The translations under genes were made by a program, and so were the position numbers. DNA of 64,000 nucleotides from a virus. Each line of letters begins with the position of its first letter. Within the stretch, counting starts at the first letter, position 1. Below are positions 43,763 through 52,456 of this stretch, piece by piece. The stretch is taken from positions 32,001 through 96,000 of the IMG/VR virus record IMGVR_UViG_3300017774_005745; one strand, written 5' to 3'. Below the pieces are notes generated by a model. It searched no databases. It was given only the letters and a program-made list of their open reading frames with translations, and had not been told where the DNA came from.

Positions 43763-46591
43763 ATGCGCCCGCTTTTCATTGATGAGACCTCTGAAGACTC
43801 GAAGACAAAGGAAGCGGGATTCACTCACCGTCTTTCTGAGACTCCTGATAACTGGGGTCAAGAGATTGGTAGCGAGCTTCATCGTCAGCTTCCGTTCTTG
43901 TCAGACTACGAGGTGAACGTCACCCTCGACAAGGTCGACCAAGGCCGGGGCTTTGCGTTTGGATACGCAGACATCTCGAATAGAACTGAGCGCCCAGAGG
44001 TTGAGCACGAGGAAGCGGGCATTCCCCACATCCGTGTTCCGCTCATTGCAGAAGAGCGTCAGGTTCGTCCGTTCTCCGTCTTTCTAGACGGTGAGAGAGT
44101 TCTTCCTCTCGGTGAAGAGAGAATTCGTGAGACTCTGTTCAACCCAGGAATGTTCGACCTCTCCACATCCGTGCCGAGAGACCCAAGTCTTGTCGAGCCT
44201 CTGATGCCTCCGCAGCGTTCTGGTATTGGTATGGGCGGCGAATACAAGATGGCCATGGCGTATCCAGAGCCCGCTTCTATTGCCACGAATCTCGATTACC
44301 GAGATGAGTGGCTCCGGAAGTTCGTTGGGACTGCTCTCTTCCAGAAGGCTATGGAGCTCCAGAAGCAGTTCCTGTCTCTTGACCAGGAAGACCTCTCACA
44401 GCGAGAGATGGAGCAGACGATTGAAGAGTCCTCTGGCCGTGCCTCACAGAGAATGGCCAAGAATCTCCAACGAGACGCTCTCCACTTGGAGAAGAGGAAC
44501 CTGGATGTAGAACTTCTCGCCGCTCAGGCAGGGGTTCCAACGTCTGAGGCTCCTTCTCCTCACGAGCAAGGACTCGATGCTTCGGCTCCAGAAGGTGCGA
44601 TGGAAGAGGCACCAGAGGAAGCTGCTCCTGCTCCCAAGGCTCCAAAGGAGAAGAAGGCCGGTATTCCGAAAGGCATGCAGGAACTTGCCAAGGGAAAGAA
44701 GTTCTTTCAGATGGATCCATACGTCCAGCGGAGAGTTGCTGCCAATAGTATGGGGAATGCGGCCAGGAAGCAGAAGAACCACGGCCACAAGATGCTCGAC
44801 ATCAAGGATGGACAGGTTCAGAAGAAGCGCGCAAAGGAGCTTCTTGAGAAGAATGCCTTCAAGCACATCTCGAAGGAGCAGTGGGAAGCCATCTACAAGA
44901 GCGACAAGATTCAGAAGATGATTCAGAAACACATGACCCACGACCACCCTGAGGTTATCAACGAGGTCTATTCGCTCGCAGCTAACCAATACGGATATCA
45001 CCCAAAGGTATACCCACCTTCTCCAGGTCAGCAGGCTCAGAAGGCACAGGCAGCTAACATGGGTGGGGCACCGAAGCCTGCGGCTGCCGCTCCAGCGGCC
45101 AAGCCAGCTACGAAGACGGCATCACTTCTTGAGGCAATTGCTCCGACGCTTCGTGAGACAGACAGAGACGCATTCGTTGAGAAGGTTGCAAACGACGCCA
45201 CCCTCCGTGCGGGCTTCCGTCGTTCTGGAATTGCCTCGGTTCTTGTCAACGTGATGGATACGAAGCTCGCATCCGCAAGGGACCGTATGTCTGCCCTTGC
45301 AGACGCAATCGAACCCTCCGTGGTTACCTTCCAGAAGCTCCCAGGTGGGGACTTCCTCGTCAAGTCAGCAAACGTTCAAGCGTTTGCTGGTGGCGAGCAG
45401 GCTCAGGGTCAAGTGGTTCCGTTCCAAGAAGTCGCCGAAGCAATCGGAACTGAGCCAGCGAGAGCGATGCAGCCAGGACAGATTGCAACTGCTGTGTCTG
45501 ACCCTGTTAAGGGCGACTCAGCAGACGAGTCTGAGTTCGACTCCATCTCTGAGTTTGGCCGCTACAAGGTCCAGGGAACCGACGGCAAGGAGCGGGAAGG
45601 CTGGGTATTCCCTCAAACGTTTGCTTGGGATGAGAACCTTACTCCACAGAAGACGGGTCTCTTCATCTCAGACAACGCGCACGCCATCCAGCAAGACTTC
45701 GCGGGCGCACGGGTTGCTGCAGAAGACATCAACCTTCCTACGGATATCCCCAAGGGTCTTGGAATCTTTCACTCGAAGAACGGAGACTCTGCCTCTGCTC
45801 CCATCGAAGTGAAGTTCGGTATGACTGGGTCTGACGGAGTTCCGAAGTACGTTGGTATTGATTCATTCGGAAACGAAGTCAAAGTCTCGGTTGTTCCTGG
45901 CCTCAAGACTCCTCAGAAGATTAGCGAAGGAGAGTATGCCCTCCCTCACGGTTGGGGATTCACTCGCCTTCCTTCGAAGGTCTCTCTTTCCGAGAAGTCG
46001 GATAGCATCGGCACTCAGTCGAAGTTGAAGAAAGAGAAGACATCTGCAGTTCTCTTCTACAACGGCGCATTCAACATCGTTGGTGGGTGTGGCCTCGATA
46101 AGGTGTCGGCTGACCTCCGCCACAGCATTGATGCGGTCGGTGCCGAGTTCATGCTGGGACTTCTCGGAGTTGATGGCGTTTCTGCCAAGCAGAAGGTTGC
46201 GGAAGCCCGTAAGATCGGGTCAGTGACCTTGACGGGACTCAAGACCATCGTTCCTCTCGCAGAGCGTTTCCAGGAGTCTATCAAAACTGCCTCGGCACTT
46301 CTGTCGAAGATTCCAAATCTCAAGAGAGACCTCATCAAGGAGGCCTCGATGATGGAGGACCAGGGAACCGTAGATAAGGTTCTTGCCCTGAACTTCGTCA
46401 ATCCTGAGAACCTCACCACGTTCATCGAGTATCTCCCTGAGCTTGAGAGATGCAGCGAGAACATGGCGGAGATGGTTCTTGCGGGCTACATGGGCATGAG
46501 AGAGATTCCTGTAGGTGCTGTAGAGCGTTCCATGAAGAACATGGAAGAGGTTGTCCAGAGCCTCAAAGCACTTCAGTATACTCAGGAGTAA
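43763..46591 (+). CDS. Large putative virion/head protein with K-x-A-delimited modules
   Basis: 942 aa, AAGGAG RBS; KEAG, KMAM, KKAG, KTAS (twice), KLAS and KEAS motifs separate compositionally distinct blocks. Confidence 0.5.
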   Translation: MRPLFIDETSEDSKTKEAGFTHRLSETPDNWGQEIGSELHRQLPFLSDYEVNVTLDKVDQGRGFAFGYADISNRTERPEVEHEEAGIPHIRVPLIAEERQVRPFSVFLDGERVLPLGEERIRETLFNPGMFDLSTSVPRDPSLVEPLMPPQRSGIGMGGEYKMAMAYPEPASIATNLDYRDEWLRKFVGTALFQKAMELQKQFLSLDQEDLSQREMEQTIEESSGRASQRMAKNLQRDALHLEKRNLDVELLAAQAGVPTSEAPSPHEQGLDASAPEGAMEEAPEEAAPAPKAPKEKKAGIPKGMQELAKGKKFFQMDPYVQRRVAANSMGNAARKQKNHGHKMLDIKDGQVQKKRAKELLEKNAFKHISKEQWEAIYKSDKIQKMIQKHMTHDHPEVINEVYSLAANQYGYHPKVYPPSPGQQAQKAQAANMGGAPKPAAAAPAAKPATKTASLLEAIAPTLRETDRDAFVEKVANDATLRAGFRRSGIASVLVNVMDTKLASARDRMSALADAIEPSVVTFQKLPGGDFLVKSANVQAFAGGEQAQGQVVPFQEVAEAIGTEPARAMQPGQIATAVSDPVKGDSADESEFDSISEFGRYKVQGTDGKEREGWVFPQTFAWDENLTPQKTGLFISDNAHAIQQDFAGARVAAEDINLPTDIPKGLGIFHSKNGDSASAPIEVKFGMTGSDGVPKYVGIDSFGNEVKVSVVPGLKTPQKISEGEYALPHGWGFTRLPSKVSLSEKSDSIGTQSKLKKEKTSAVLFYNGAFNIVGGCGLDKVSADLRHSIDAVGAEFMLGLLGVDGVSAKQKVAEARKIGSVTLTGLKTIVPLAERFQESIKTASALLSKIPNLKRDLIKEASMMEDQGTVDKVLALNFVNPENLTTFIEYLPELERCSENMAEMVLAGYMGMREIPVGAVERSMKNMEEVVQSLKALQYTQE

Positions 46592-46594
46592 CGA

Positions 46595-47443
46595 ATGAAA
46601 CACCCAGCTCATCACTTCATCAAGTACTTGATGGTGAAGGACCCCAAGACTGCCAACGCTGAGATTCTAAAGCGCTTGGAGGACTTTGGATTTCTATCTC
46701 CAGATGCGCCTTACCTGGAATTCATCAGACAAGAGCTCAAGGAAACTCCAGTAGGGTTCGACCCAGCAAATCGAATCCACCGTCCTTCGATGAGCTACCT
46801 TCGTCGTCATGGTATCTACGAGCTCTTCCATCCGTCTGACGCGATTCGAGAAGCATGGAAGATCCTCACCGACCCTTCTATTCGACTGAACGTTGAGCAG
46901 GCCTTGATGGCACGGTTGGATAGAAAAGCCATCGCTCTGAAGCTGAACAAGAAGAACGGCTGGCATCTCTCTGAGTCTGGGATGAAGGCGTTCCACGATA
47001 CCTTCTGGAACGTCGAGCTCCTCACTTGGGATGAGTGGGGCCGGTTCCTCTACGGCAGGTCAGGGATGTACGAGCGATACATGGCCATGCTCCAGGCGTC
47101 TCCTGAGCTCGCCATGTTCCATCTCCAGCTTCAACAGAACGTTGAGTCAAAGAACATGATTCAGCGCACGCAAGAGATTGCGTACTTCACCCTTGAGGAA
47201 GTCAATAGGAAGCCGGGCACAGGGCCAGACAAGGTGAAGGCCATCGGTGTACTTGGAAAGACCATCGTTGACTGTCACGATGCTCTCTCGACCTCTGATA
47301 TGGCGCTCAAGGACATCCTCAAGAACTTTGAGAGATTCCGCATGGACCATCCTCAGATTCCTCCTCCGGACATCAAGCAGCTCGCTCCAGGTGGGAGCTA
47401 CACTGGCAGTGGTGTTGAAGAGAAAGAAGTAAAAACCCACTGA
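46595..47443 (+). CDS. Hypothetical protein with HTH-like segment (terminase small subunit candidate)
   Basis: 282 aa; RKAIALKLNKKNGWHLSESGMKAFH helix-turn-helix-like stretch; upstream of terL. Weak inference. Confidence 0.3.
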   Translation: MKHPAHHFIKYLMVKDPKTANAEILKRLEDFGFLSPDAPYLEFIRQELKETPVGFDPANRIHRPSMSYLRRHGIYELFHPSDAIREAWKILTDPSIRLNVEQALMARLDRKAIALKLNKKNGWHLSESGMKAFHDTFWNVELLTWDEWGRFLYGRSGMYERYMAMLQASPELAMFHLQLQQNVESKNMIQRTQEIAYFTLEEVNRKPGTGPDKVKAIGVLGKTIVDCHDALSTSDMALKDILKNFERFRMDHPQIPPPDIKQLAPGGSYTGSGVEEKEVKTH

Positions 47444-47449
47444 GGTTGT

Positions 47450-48121
47450 ATGCCCTTCAAGTCCAAAGCTCAACAGCGATTTATGTTCGCAACCCACCCA
47501 CGCATGGCAAAGCGTTGGGCACACGAGACCAAAAACATGAAAAAGCTCCCAGAGAAGGTGAAGCAAGCGGGAATCCCAAAAGGGCTTAGAGCTATTGCGG
47601 AATCTGCTTTTGATACTGCCGGAGACCTCTCAAAGGCACAGCAGTACGCTGCTAGCAGAAATGCCGCGAACATCCACGGCAGAGGTCTAGGAATGGCCGC
47701 CCGCGATGGGTCTTTGATGAGTAAGTCGTATAATAAGAGACTTGCTAAGTCTGAAATTGAGCTTGCAAAGAAGCAGGTCGATTCTTCCTATCCAACTACA
47801 AGAGCAAGCAGACAACTCCAACACGGTATTGAAAATAGAAGAATGAGTAGAGACCTCCTATCTAAAAAGGCGGAGGCTGATAAAATCAAGGGCGGCCTCG
47901 CGGACCACCTGAAGTCCTCGGACTTCCCAAAGAAGAAACTGAAGGCAGGTCAGACGGTGGAGAAGGAACACACCAAGGACCCTGCAATCGCCAAAGAGAT
48001 TGCAAAGGACCATCTTACCGAAGATGGGAACTACTACGAGAAGTTGAAGAAGATGGAGAAGTCTGCCTTTGAGAAGATGTCTGCCAAACTGAAGAAGAAG
48101 ACGTCTGGGAAGTACTGCTAG
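47450..48121 (+). CDS. Three-module basic protein with C-terminal DUF5661-like domain
   Basis: MPFKSKAQQRFMFATHP N-module; KQAG-...-KKAE middle module; GQTVEKEHT...AKEIAKDHLTEDGNYYEKLKKME pattern (DUF5661-like). Confidence 0.65.
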   Translation: MPFKSKAQQRFMFATHPRMAKRWAHETKNMKKLPEKVKQAGIPKGLRAIAESAFDTAGDLSKAQQYAASRNAANIHGRGLGMAARDGSLMSKSYNKRLAKSEIELAKKQVDSSYPTTRASRQLQHGIENRRMSRDLLSKKAEADKIKGGLADHLKSSDFPKKKLKAGQTVEKEHTKDPAIAKEIAKDHLTEDGNYYEKLKKMEKSAFEKMSAKLKKKTSGKYC

Positions 48122-48130
48122 GAGTTCAAA

Positions 48131-48592
48131 ATGAACATGTGGTCTGAGCGTAGTTCGGATGGGAAAGTGCAATCAGCTCAGTCGTCTGAGCGAGATGCAG
48201 CAAAGCAGGTCCTCGCGCCTTTCGCAGAGAAAGAGGCAGACCAAGGCGTAAAGCCATTCGACCCAATTAACTTCCAAGAAGTACTCAGCCCGGAGAACTA
48301 CGAGGCTGAATTCGCCATGAAAGAGGATGACATCATCTTTCATATCTGGCCTTGGAAGCTGCACGAAGCAGATAAGAATGGAAGGGTGCGTCCTCGATTC
48401 AAGAAGGACTTCGTTCAGCACCTGAACTTCGCGTTCGGGAAGGTCTTCTTCAGTCGATGGACCTTCGAGTTCGATGAGGACATGGGCTCTTACTTCGTCA
48501 AAGCTACGGGCTTTGGTGCTTCTCAGTTCGCACGGGAGCTCGCTCTGGAGGCAATGGAAGTCCTTCACAAGGAGATGTCTCGAAAGGAGTGA
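48131..48592 (+). CDS. Hypothetical protein
   Basis: 153-aa ORF, AGGAG RBS. Confidence 0.75.
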   Translation: MNMWSERSSDGKVQSAQSSERDAAKQVLAPFAEKEADQGVKPFDPINFQEVLSPENYEAEFAMKEDDIIFHIWPWKLHEADKNGRVRPRFKKDFVQHLNFAFGKVFFSRWTFEFDEDMGSYFVKATGFGASQFARELALEAMEVLHKEMSRKE

Positions 48593-48595
48593 CCT

Positions 48596-48835
48596 GTGTC
48601 AGAAAAGCCAAGCTACCGCTCGGAAGTTCACACTCTTGAGGAAGTCATCAAGCTCCGTAATCCAGAGCTGGACGATGGTGAGATTACAGACTTCCTGAAC
48701 ATCATTCGTGCTCGTATTGAGCACGTTCGCCAGGTTATTGAAGAACACGAAGGAACTGCTTCTACTTCTGGGCCAGATTGGGAGAAGTTCAAGTGGGTAT
48801 ACGAGCGAGACCGTTTGAAGGAGTTGGGACTCTGA
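48596..48835 (+). CDS. Hypothetical protein
   Basis: 79-aa ORF, GTG start, AAGGAG RBS. Confidence 0.7.
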   Translation: MSEKPSYRSEVHTLEEVIKLRNPELDDGEITDFLNIIRARIEHVRQVIEEHEGTASTSGPDWEKFKWVYERDRLKELGL

Positions 48836-48840
48836 GGGCT

Positions 48841-48869
48841 AAAAAGAGGACCCTGGTCGAGGGTCCTCT
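48841..48869 (-). terminator. Intrinsic terminator of antisense islet 2
   Basis: Stem AGAGGACCCT/AGGGTCCTCT (48845-48854/48860-48869); U-tract on the minus strand. Confidence 0.8.
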
Positions 48870-48871
48870 CC

Positions 48872-49174
48872 TTAATCTACCAACTCGATGCTGTCGTGTA
48901 GCTCTGTAAAATCCTCACGAAGCGCAATAACGGATCCGCCGAGACTATCGAGTCGTTTCTTGAGCTCCCCAAACTGACTTCTTAGATTGTAGAGCTGGAA
49001 CACGACCGAACGTGGGACTTGCTCAAGACAGCCCTGACACACGACACAAGGCTTCTTTGCAGCGGACCACTCCTGCAGCTTGAAGCAGACAATCACATCG
49101 CAGACGACGCAAGGTGCAGATGCGTCATTTGTTGAGGAACTTTCTACAGTAGATGGTTCTGTGGAGGTACTCAT
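48872..49174 (-). CDS. Small Cys-containing coiled-coil protein
   Basis: CVVCD...CVVCQGC followed by heptads. Confidence 0.6.
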   Translation of the reverse strand: MSTSTEPSTVESSSTNDASAPCVVCDVIVCFKLQEWSAAKKPCVVCQGCLEQVPRSVVFQLYNLRSQFGELKKRLDSLGGSVIALREDFTELHDSIELVD

Positions 49175-49730
49175 TTGCGTTGGACCCAGGAACCACAAGT
49201 CCGTACTTCTTTATGGCGTCTTCGTGGTCCCTTGACCCATACCCTTTGTTGGAGTCCCATTTGTACATAGGGAATTTTTTGGATAACTGGAGCATGAGTC
49301 TATCTCTCCAGACTTTTGCTATGATGGAAGCTGCAGACACTACCTTGTGATTGAGGTCTGCTTTCGGTTCCACCAACTGCTTACCAGACCAACTCTCAAC
49401 CTCATTGTTGCCGTCTACGATGAGGAGATCTGGTTTTACTTTGAGCTCTTCCATGGCTCGTTGGTACGTCAACTGAAGAGCCTTTCGAACCCCCATCGAA
49501 TCAATCTCAACTGGGAATGCGTGTCCGATTCCGATGTCACATGCGGCTGCGCATATGGGCTCGTAGAGAGACTCAAGCGTTGTGTGGCTGAGTTTCTTTG
49601 AATCCGTCACTCCAGGGGGTAAGAACGTGAGATCTTTCGGTCGAAAAACAGCTACGACCGCTATAAACGGTCCAGCCAATGCTCCATACCCGACTTCGTC
49701 GAGTCCAGCTTGAACTTCGTCTTTTTTCAT
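49125..49730 (-). CDS. rnhB: Ribonuclease HII
   Basis: AGLDEVGYGALAGP; DSKKL; IVDG; KAD...VSAASIIAKVWRD; KGYG. Confidence 0.93.
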   Translation of the reverse strand: MKKDEVQAGLDEVGYGALAGPFIAVVAVFRPKDLTFLPPGVTDSKKLSHTTLESLYEPICAAACDIGIGHAFPVEIDSMGVRKALQLTYQRAMEELKVKPDLLIVDGNNEVESWSGKQLVEPKADLNHKVVSAASIIAKVWRDRLMLQLSKKFPMYKWDSNKGYGSRDHEDAIKKYGLVVPGSNANEYLHRTIYCRKFLNK

Positions 49731-49751
49731 GAAAGATTCTCTTTCAATATT

Positions 49752-49778
49752 CTTATCCCAACGGATGCTCGTTTCTTG
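49752..49778 (-). promoter_or_regulatory. Putative phage promoter, MAARW-N14-GGNATAAG class
   Basis: Minus strand CAAGA-AACGAGCATCCGTT-GGGATAAG, about 20 nt upstream of the rnhB ATG. Confidence 0.55.
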
Positions 49779-50010
49779 GAAGTCCCAGTCTTCTTGTAGT
49801 AGCAATAGAAGTTGTTAGAGTGTTGCCTTCCCGTTCGAGTTTCCCTTGCGGCATTGCTCCATTTTTGGCCGCATACTGTTGGTAGAGGTTCCAAACAAGC
49901 AGCATCCGCTTTCCAGAGATTTGCTCACCAAACTGAAAGCGGACAGTGAACACCAGAGGATTAATCGTTGGTGTACAAGTGATGTTGACCGAAGTATCTA
50001 GAGCCCCCAT
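49753..50010 (-). CDS. Possible hypothetical protein (85 aa)
   Basis: MGALDTSVNITC...FTVRFQFGEQISGKRMLLVWNLYQQYAAKNG fills an otherwise empty 260-nt gap; RBS weak. Confidence 0.4.
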   Translation of the reverse strand: MGALDTSVNITCTPTINPLVFTVRFQFGEQISGKRMLLVWNLYQQYAAKNGAMPQGKLEREGNTLTTSIATTRRLGLPRNEHPLG

Positions 50011-50013
50011 AAG
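49985..50013 (+). promoter_or_regulatory. Putative sigma70-like promoter for terL
   Basis: TTGACC-N17-CATAAG, 60 nt upstream of ATG 50074. Confidence 0.4.
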
Positions 50014-50073
50014 TGAGTTGGCGAACCCTGGAAGCCAGGCAAGGGGTGGGGGTAGTTCTCTCATGGAGACGCA

Positions 50074-51867
50074 ATGACCGTAGTTACCAGTGAAGAGTAC
50101 TTCAGAAACAACTCCAATGTCGTCATATCGGAGAGTGGTCAGCCTGAGCCAAAGGAAGAATGGGATTACGAGAAGGAGGTCTTCGAGGGGTTCCTCGACC
50201 CTGATGAGATTGCGAAGCAGCAATCCGCCCTCCTCTCAGTAACGCCTTCGCAGTTCGTAGAGTTCTCCGTTCGAGTACCCGACAAGAAGTCTCAGAAGTT
50301 CCTCCCGTTTTCCTTTGATGGGAGAAAGTACCTTCGTCTGCCGTATGACACGCCCGCAAAGCGAACCCTCTACAAGTGTGGACGACAGGTAGAGAAGTCT
50401 ACCCTGCTAGGTAACAAGACGCTTGCCTATTGCTGCATCATCAACGCCTTCAACGTACTCTACGTCTCTCCTACAAACCAACAAACGAAGACCTTCTCTC
50501 AAGACCGTCTCAAAGAGCCAATGGAGACTTCGGAGGTCCTAAAGGCGTGGACCACCACGAAGCTCAGCGACAGCGTTTTCTTGAAGAAGTTCATCAATCG
50601 AAGCCAGATTACTCTCCGCTACGCATACCACAACGCAGACCGTACCCGTGGTATCCCTGCGGATATGATTCTCCTGGACGAGCTCCAGGACATCATCACG
50701 GAGAACATTCCGGTTATCGAACAGTGCGCCTCGCACTCACCGTTCAAGATCTTCATCTATTCTGGAACCCCAAAGTCGTTCGATAACTCCATCGAGTACT
50801 ACTGGTCGAACTACTCTACTCAGAATGAGTGGGTTGTCCCTTGCGACCACCACGGTACTCCTTCGGACCCTTCGACCTGGTTCTGGAATGTCCTTGGGGA
50901 AGAGAACATCGGAAAGAAAGGTCTCATCTGCTCCAAGTGCGGAGAGATTATCAATCCAATGCGCCCAGAGTCTAGATGGGCGATGATGAATGCCTCTGTG
51001 AAGGACAAGCTCACAGAGCCTTACGAGGGGTACAGAATTCCTCAGCTCATGGTTCCGTGGTTGAAGTGGAGTGAAATCCTAGACTCCTACACCACGTACC
51101 CACGACAGAAGTTTTTCAATGAGGTTCTTGGCGAGTCCTTTGACTCTGGAACCCGTCCACTAACTCGGCAAGACGTTATCGACAACTGTGACCCGAGTCT
51201 TCGAATGACTCCAGAAGGTCTCAGTGCCATCAAGAGCAAGATGTCAGGAGGCATGGACATCTTCGCAGGTATTGACTGGGGCACTGGTGAGAACACGTAC
51301 ACCATCATGTCCTTGGGGACGTACATCGACGGGAAGTTCACCATCTTCTACATCCATCGATTTGAAGGACAGGAGATGGAGCCACCGGTTCAGATAGAAA
51401 TCATTGCCGAGCTCATTCGGAAGTGGGACGTCAAGCTGGTTGGGGCAGACTACGGAGGCGGTTTCGATAGAAACGACGCCCTGGCGAGAATCTTCGGTAG
51501 AAACCGTATCGTCAAGTACCAGTACTCTACTCCAGGCCAGAAGGTGAAGTGGGATGAGAATCTCCACCGTTTCCTCGTTCACCGAACAGAGGTCATGACG
51601 GATATGTTCACCGCCATCAAACGAAGAGACGTCTTTCGGTTCCCGAACTGGGAGCAGTTTGAGGATCCGTTTGGTAAGGACCTTCTGAACATCTTCAGCG
51701 AACTGAACGAGCAGCTTCGGCAGATTCAGTACATGAAGACGCCAGATGCTACAGACGACTCGTTCCACTCTATCTTGGTCTGTCTTCTTGCCTCGATGCT
51801 GAAGTACCCACGCCCTGATATTCTCTCTCCGACGGCTAAGACATCAGGTGGTGACTCTGACGCCTAA
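50074..51867 (+). CDS. terL: Terminase large subunit
   Basis: KCGRQVEKST Walker A variant; ILLDELQD Walker B; YSGTP; zinc-binding Cys cluster; FAGIDWG RNase H-like nuclease motif; DDSFHS. Confidence 0.88.
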   Translation: MTVVTSEEYFRNNSNVVISESGQPEPKEEWDYEKEVFEGFLDPDEIAKQQSALLSVTPSQFVEFSVRVPDKKSQKFLPFSFDGRKYLRLPYDTPAKRTLYKCGRQVEKSTLLGNKTLAYCCIINAFNVLYVSPTNQQTKTFSQDRLKEPMETSEVLKAWTTTKLSDSVFLKKFINRSQITLRYAYHNADRTRGIPADMILLDELQDIITENIPVIEQCASHSPFKIFIYSGTPKSFDNSIEYYWSNYSTQNEWVVPCDHHGTPSDPSTWFWNVLGEENIGKKGLICSKCGEIINPMRPESRWAMMNASVKDKLTEPYEGYRIPQLMVPWLKWSEILDSYTTYPRQKFFNEVLGESFDSGTRPLTRQDVIDNCDPSLRMTPEGLSAIKSKMSGGMDIFAGIDWGTGENTYTIMSLGTYIDGKFTIFYIHRFEGQEMEPPVQIEIIAELIRKWDVKLVGADYGGGFDRNDALARIFGRNRIVKYQYSTPGQKVKWDENLHRFLVHRTEVMTDMFTAIKRRDVFRFPNWEQFEDPFGKDLLNIFSELNEQLRQIQYMKTPDATDDSFHSILVCLLASMLKYPRPDILSPTAKTSGGDSDA

Positions 51868-51905
51868 AAAAAGAAAGCACACGAAAGGAGGGACGTGTGC
51901 TTTCT
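51866..51905 (-). terminator. Intrinsic terminator of antisense islet 3
   Basis: 12-bp stem AGAAAGCACACG/CGTGTGCTTTCT with a U-tract on the minus strand. Confidence 0.8.
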
Positions 51906-51936
51906 CCGAGAAGTTTTCACTCCTCTTTTGAACTTC

Positions 51937-52374
51937 TTACGGCGTTGAGGCTGCCTTCGGAACTGGCGCGAGACGAACGATCTGCTTCTTGTCGTTCTGC
52001 TCGGTGTACTTGATGCCGAGTGCGGGCCACTTGCGAGCGGCCGGAATCAGCAGGCGGATGCCCTGGTAGAAGAGCCACACGCCGCCGAGCGGGGCGAGGG
52101 CGATTCCCACGGTGATCATCGCGTTCTTCACCTTCACGAGGACCGACTTCGTCGTGTCGATGGCAGTCGGCTCGTACCGAATCCCACGAATCTTGTTGGC
52201 GCGGCGGAAGTCTCCCTCCTCCTCCGCGTGGGCCGCTGCCTCCTCCAACAGGACCTTGAGCGTCTCCTTCGGGATGCTGGCTTCTTGGTGGCCTGACGAG
52301 GAGCCGAGATCGATGACATGACCGGCCACGGGAGCAGGAGCAGCCTGCGGCTGTGGGTTTTGCTGAACGTCCAT
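51937..52374 (-). CDS. GC-rich hypothetical membrane protein
   Basis: GAGGGG RBS before ATG 52374; one TM segment (AMITVGIALAPLGGVWLFY). Confidence 0.65.
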   Translation of the reverse strand: MDVQQNPQPQAAPAPVAGHVIDLGSSSGHQEASIPKETLKVLLEEAAAHAEEEGDFRRANKIRGIRYEPTAIDTTKSVLVKVKNAMITVGIALAPLGGVWLFYQGIRLLIPAARKWPALGIKYTEQNDKKQIVRLAPVPKAASTP

Positions 52375-52429
52375 TTGTTTGTTTCCCCTCTGAAGAGAAC
52401 GGACACGGAATGATTCCGTGTTCATAACT

Positions 52430-52456
52430 CTTATCCCGAGGTCCTTCACGTATTTG
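52430..52456 (-). promoter_or_regulatory. Putative phage promoter, MAARW-N14-GGNATAAG class
   Basis: Minus strand CAAAT-ACGTGAAGGACCTC-GGGATAAG. Confidence 0.55.

Noticed and set aside
15018-51867. Inteins or introns in RecA, PolA, DnaB, RNAP or TerL
   Set aside because: Sizes are normal or reduced, motif spacing is uninterrupted, and no Hint (C...HN-C/S/T) or LAGLIDADG blocks were recognised.
51884-51944. SD sequence (AAAGGAGG) in the terminator loop followed by a GTG 17-codon ORF
   Set aside because: SD-start spacing is only 3 nt, the start is buried in the stem, and the peptide overlaps the end of a minus-strand gene; likely coincidental.
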